A DNA stretch of 64,000 bases from Candidatus Poribacteria bacterium (lineage in GTDB: Bacteria > Poribacteria > WGA-4E > WGA-3G), in the NCBI GenBank assembly GCA_963665235.2, contig CAXXLX010000001.1, positions 3,904,001-3,968,000 of the forward strand, written 5' to 3'. Below are positions 60,520-64,000 of this stretch, piece by piece. Every line of letters begins with the position of its first letter. Position 1 is the stretch's first letter. The position numbers and the translations under genes are program-made. A model generated the notes under the pieces. It did not search any database and was not told where the DNA came from. It was given only the letters and a program-made list of their open reading frames with translations.

Positions 60520-61422
60520 TTACAGAGCAGGCAGCTCTTCGCCAACGATAAGCCGGTACGCCTCTCGATATTTCTCGCTCGTTTTGGTGATAACGGTGTT
60601 AGGCAATTCAGGTGCTGGGGGTTCTTTGTTCCATCCGATTTCGGAGAGATAATCCCGCACGAATTGTTTGTCAAAGCTCTGCTGCGATTTGCCGGGTTCG
60701 TACTGGTCAGCAGGCCAAAAGCGTGAAGAGTCAGGTGTGAAGACTTCATCAATAAGAATGATGTCCCCGTTGCGCAACCCAAATTCGAACTTGGTGTCAC
60801 AGAGGATGATGCCTGCCTCTTCGGCATGTTGACTGGCAGCGTTGAAGAGCGCGAAACTGATCTCAATCAATTGGTCGGTGAGTGCGGCACCGATTTGGTC
60901 ACGCATTTCGTCAATAGACATGGGTTCGTCATGTTCCCCGTGTTCCGCTTTGGTTGTTGGGGTGAACAGCAGTTCCGGAAGTTTTTCGGATTCGCGGAGG
61001 CCGGCGGGTAATCCCTGTCCACAGATTTCTCCCGTTTTCTGATAGGAAGCCCATCCGGAGCCAGCGAGATACCCGCGGACGACACACTCAACGTCAACGC
61101 GCTCCGCTTTGCGAACGAGCATGGAGCGTCCCTCCAATATCTCCGCATCGACGTGTAAATTTTCGGGATAGTCTTCGATTTCTGTTGTGATAAGGTGATT
61201 GGTTACGACAGATTGGGTGTAGTTGAACCAGAATTTGGAAAGCCCGGTTAAAACTCTACCTTTGTCAGGGATGCCGTTCGGCAAAACGACATCAAAGGCG
61301 GAAAGCCGATCGGTTGATATTATCAACAGCTGATCGCCGAAGTCGTAAAGGTCACGGACTTTGCCCCGGTGTGCAGGCGTTACGTGGGTTAAATTTGTTG
61401 CTGTGAGAACGTTTTCGGACAT
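60520..61422 (-). CDS. purC: Phosphoribosylaminoimidazolesuccinocarboxamide synthase
   Basis: GKVRDLY, DRLSAFD, ECVVRGY, DTKFEFG, DEVFTPDSSRFW, SFDKQFVRD. Confidence 0.97.
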   Translation of the reverse strand: MSENVLTATNLTHVTPAHRGKVRDLYDFGDQLLIISTDRLSAFDVVLPNGIPDKGRVLTGLSKFWFNYTQSVVTNHLITTEIEDYPENLHVDAEILEGRSMLVRKAERVDVECVVRGYLAGSGWASYQKTGEICGQGLPAGLRESEKLPELLFTPTTKAEHGEHDEPMSIDEMRDQIGAALTDQLIEISFALFNAASQHAEEAGIILCDTKFEFGLRNGDIILIDEVFTPDSSRFWPADQYEPGKSQQSFDKQFVRDYLSEIGWNKEPPAPELPNTVITKTSEKYREAYRLIVGEELPAL

Positions 61423-61475
61423 CTATTCCTCCTTGCAAATTTGTTAATCTAAGCGTCTCGTAGTAAGAGCTAACG

Positions 61476-62063
61476 TTATTCCTCTAGCAGTTTTTGAAGG
61501 ACAAGGGCAGTTTTATTCTCTGAATCAATTTCAAGTGCCTTGTCAAGTGCTTGCGATGCATTTCCGTTTTCGCCGAGGTAGTAGTAGCATGCTGCTGTGA
61601 GTGTATGAAGTTCGGCATTAGAGTCGTAATCGTGTCGAAAGAGGTATTGCGTATCCGCTTGCAGTGCGTTATCAATTGCGCGGATAGCCGACCTAAAATC
61701 GGAGGCATCTTTGTAACGTAAGTAGAGCACATTCGCGAGCCCGACCCATGCATCAGCATTAGAATCGTCAAGCCGAACGGCGTTTTGAAACGCCTCCTGT
61801 GCAAGCGGGAGGGTTAAGGAGAGGCTCAGATGGCTCCAGCCGACCCCGTTGTGTGCATCCGCAAATCCCGTATCGGTGTTGAGGGCACGTTCAAAATTGA
61901 GCAGTGCTTGTGTGTAGTCGCCTGAATTGTAGGCACGCCACCCCGCTTCTGTGTGCATGAGTGCAGTTGCCCTATCCGTTTCTGAACGGTCGGAACAACC
62001 GCTCAGCGTCAAAAGCGTGAAGCCGAATATAAACAGGGCCGGTATTATGAAAACAGTCCGCAT
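61476..62063 (-). CDS. TPR lipoprotein
   Basis: GGAGG RBS, lipobox LSGC, TPR helices. Confidence 0.82.
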   Translation of the reverse strand: MRTVFIIPALFIFGFTLLTLSGCSDRSETDRATALMHTEAGWRAYNSGDYTQALLNFERALNTDTGFADAHNGVGWSHLSLSLTLPLAQEAFQNAVRLDDSNADAWVGLANVLYLRYKDASDFRSAIRAIDNALQADTQYLFRHDYDSNAELHTLTAACYYYLGENGNASQALDKALEIDSENKTALVLQKLLEE

Positions 62064-62109
62064 CTTGCCTCCTTCTAATACCATTTCTAATTAAAAACGT
62101 CTCTTTCTT

Positions 62110-62389
62110 GTAGCATAAACTTCCAGTTTGTGCACTTTCTTGTAGCATAAACTTCCAGTTTGTGCTCTTTCTTGTAGCATAAACTTCCAGTTTGTGTGCT
62201 TTCTTGTAGCATAAACTTCCAGTTTGTGCACTTTCTTGTAGCATAAACTTCCAGTTTGTGCACTTTCTTGTAGCATAAACTTCCAGTTTGTGCACTTTAT
62301 TGTAGCATAAACTTCCAGTTTGTGCACTTTCTTGTAGCATAAACTTCCAGTTTGTGCACTTTCTTGTAGCATAAACTTCCAGTTTGTGC
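62110..62389 (+). repeat. Tandem array of 9 x 32-bp GTAG-REP units
   Basis: GTAGCATAAACTTCCAGTTTGTGC plus ACTTTCTT-type linker; same core as 28563-28714 in opposite orientation. Confidence 0.92.
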
Positions 62390-62397
62390 CTTGCTTG

Positions 62398-64000
62398 CTA
62401 TTCCGATTTCAGGGTTGATAAGAGTGGCCCTCGGAGTGCCACCGCAACCGCAATTACGTTTGCAATTATACCAAAGATAAAGATAGAAAGCAAGGTAATT
62501 GTGAGCGAAACCCATGGGAAAAGTGGAAGGTGTCCCTGAAAAACGATTATTGAAACGAGTCCGGCGACAGTTCCAATAAGCATCCCGACTGTGAGTAGAA
62601 AACTGTTTTCAATAAATAACGTTCGCGAGAGAAGTTTGCGGCGGAAGCCGAAGGCGCGAAGGGTTGCCAATTCACCGCGCCGCTCAATCACATTTCTGAA
62701 CAGCACAAGTGCCAGTCCGATGGTGCCCAGCAGCACACCTAACCCCCCGAGGCTTTGGAAAGTAGAAATATAGGTATTTTCAACCGCGCGATAGCTTGCC
62801 AATTGTGTGGTTGCCAATGTAACATCAAATCCGTAATCGCTTAATGTTTTTTCTAACGTTTGCTCTGTCGCTGCTATCAGTTCAGGCGGTGTTTTGATAA
62901 GAAAATACTGATACCCGCTCTGACTCGGAAAGGACTGTGTGAAATCCGATTCTGAGATAATCAGCTGGCTTTGGAAAAGACTGTTCTCAAACGTGTGAAG
63001 GGCAATATTAAGGGGTTTTCCAAATTCATCTTGGATAACAAAATCATCGGCGGGGTTATGGTGCAAAATCCACTGGAGCGATTTTGCATCTCCGATGCCT
63101 ATAATCGTGTTGCTACGGAACGTCTCTAATTGTAGAACATCCCAAGGCTCATCTTTCAGGGCCGCGTCGGAGACCCCTAAAATTTGCGGAGTCTGCGGTT
63201 GATAAAGATTGAGGCAACTCACATCCTCTCCGGGCAGCACGCGAAACGGCACGACCTCTGATGCGCTGAGTAGTTGCGCGGCTTCTTCCGAAAAACCGAG
63301 TTCAAATTTCCCATCTGCTGTTTCAAGGCTGTGATATAAAGGGAGTGCCGATTCTGCGACAAACGTGTATGCCGTTTCAGGCGGGGCATCATGCCGATTC
63401 GCACCTACCGCAACTATGATACAGCATGCCAGGCTCATCGTCACGACACAGGTTTTACTACGACTCGGGTGCCGGGCGGTGTTTTTCATCGCAAATCTGA
63501 ACCGACTCAAGCGGTGCGGCACCGTTTGCAAATCTAACCAAGAATCAAACACGGTCCAGCCGATAGCCAGAATAGTGACCGTGGTGCCCAGCAGTTTAAA
63601 AATCGGATGTTCTAACACCATTGCAAGTCTCTTAATAAAAACCGAGTCTCCAATACCTGTGAAACCTACGAGGATGCCGATAATGAGTCCGAGCCCAACC
63701 TTCCAAACGACTAATGAATGCGGGTTTCGGCGTTTAGGTCTCGGCAGAGCGGGCTCCGCTTCGAAAATTGATTTTATTGACCGCTTTCCAAGTCTACGAT
63801 AGGTGGCGATGAAGACGGTCGCGAGTAGCAGGAGAGATATGATTAGTGAGGGTATCAAAGCACTTCGAGTATCCTGCTGGAGATAATACCCTATTATTAC
63901 ACCGAACAGAAGACCGATACAGAGGTACACTGCCCATCCGATTAATGGATTTACACGTTGTATCTTGAATTTTTGGGGGGATTCAGCAAAATCGCTCTGT
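62398..64000 (-). CDS. ABC transporter permease (FtsX/MacB-like), C-terminal part
   Basis: RNVIERRGELATLRAFGF, multiple TM helices; start probably beyond the window edge. Confidence 0.88.
   Translation of the reverse strand, partial: QSDFAESPQKFKIQRVNPLIGWAVYLCIGLLFGVIIGYYLQQDTRSALIPSLIISLLLLATVFIATYRRLGKRSIKSIFEAEPALPRPKRRNPHSLVVWKVGLGLIIGILVGFTGIGDSVFIKRLAMVLEHPIFKLLGTTVTILAIGWTVFDSWLDLQTVPHRLSRFRFAMKNTARHPSRSKTCVVTMSLACCIIVAVGANRHDAPPETAYTFVAESALPLYHSLETADGKFELGFSEEAAQLLSASEVVPFRVLPGEDVSCLNLYQPQTPQILGVSDAALKDEPWDVLQLETFRSNTIIGIGDAKSLQWILHHNPADDFVIQDEFGKPLNIALHTFENSLFQSQLIISESDFTQSFPSQSGYQYFLIKTPPELIAATEQTLEKTLSDYGFDVTLATTQLASYRAVENTYISTFQSLGGLGVLLGTIGLALVLFRNVIERRGELATLRAFGFRRKLLSRTLFIENSFLLTVGMLIGTVAGLVSIIVFQGHLPLFPWVSLTITLLSIFIFGIIANVIAVAVALRGPLLSTLKSE

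Noticed and set aside
62110-62389. 32-bp arrays (also 28563-28714) as CRISPR, or as repeat-protein ORFs
   Set aside because: Linkers are 8 bp and nearly constant, and the core is a GTAG-foot hairpin. The ORFs are by-products of the repeat.

Overview
This is a bacterial chromosomal window, probably from Candidatus Poribacteria. That is an inference from a secreted beta-propeller ending in the VxPxGKxxxTWGxIK-type tail, scattered sugar/peptide transporter parts, and PhyH and TPR proteins. Housekeeping genes include rsmI, tatD, comEC, tsaB, tRNA-Ala(GGC), bioD, a larA-family gene, minCDE and purC, interleaved with accessory DNA. Most striking features: (1) a single ~1420-aa ORF fusing an ECF sigma factor, an FtsZ GTPase domain and a catalytically intact-looking but C-terminally truncated DnaE polymerase; (2) three toxin-antitoxin-like modules whose antitoxin is the tail of a TPR protein (two TPR-UPF0175/DUF3368 PIN pairs and one TPR-peptide/Doc pair); (3) an orphan 11-repeat CRISPR array abutting comEC; (4) kilobase non-coding regions built from nested MITE/REP modules; (5) an internally deleted IS605 element; (6) a candidate 6S-like RNA and several long structured leaders. 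All calls come from reading the sequence by eye; no database searches were run.
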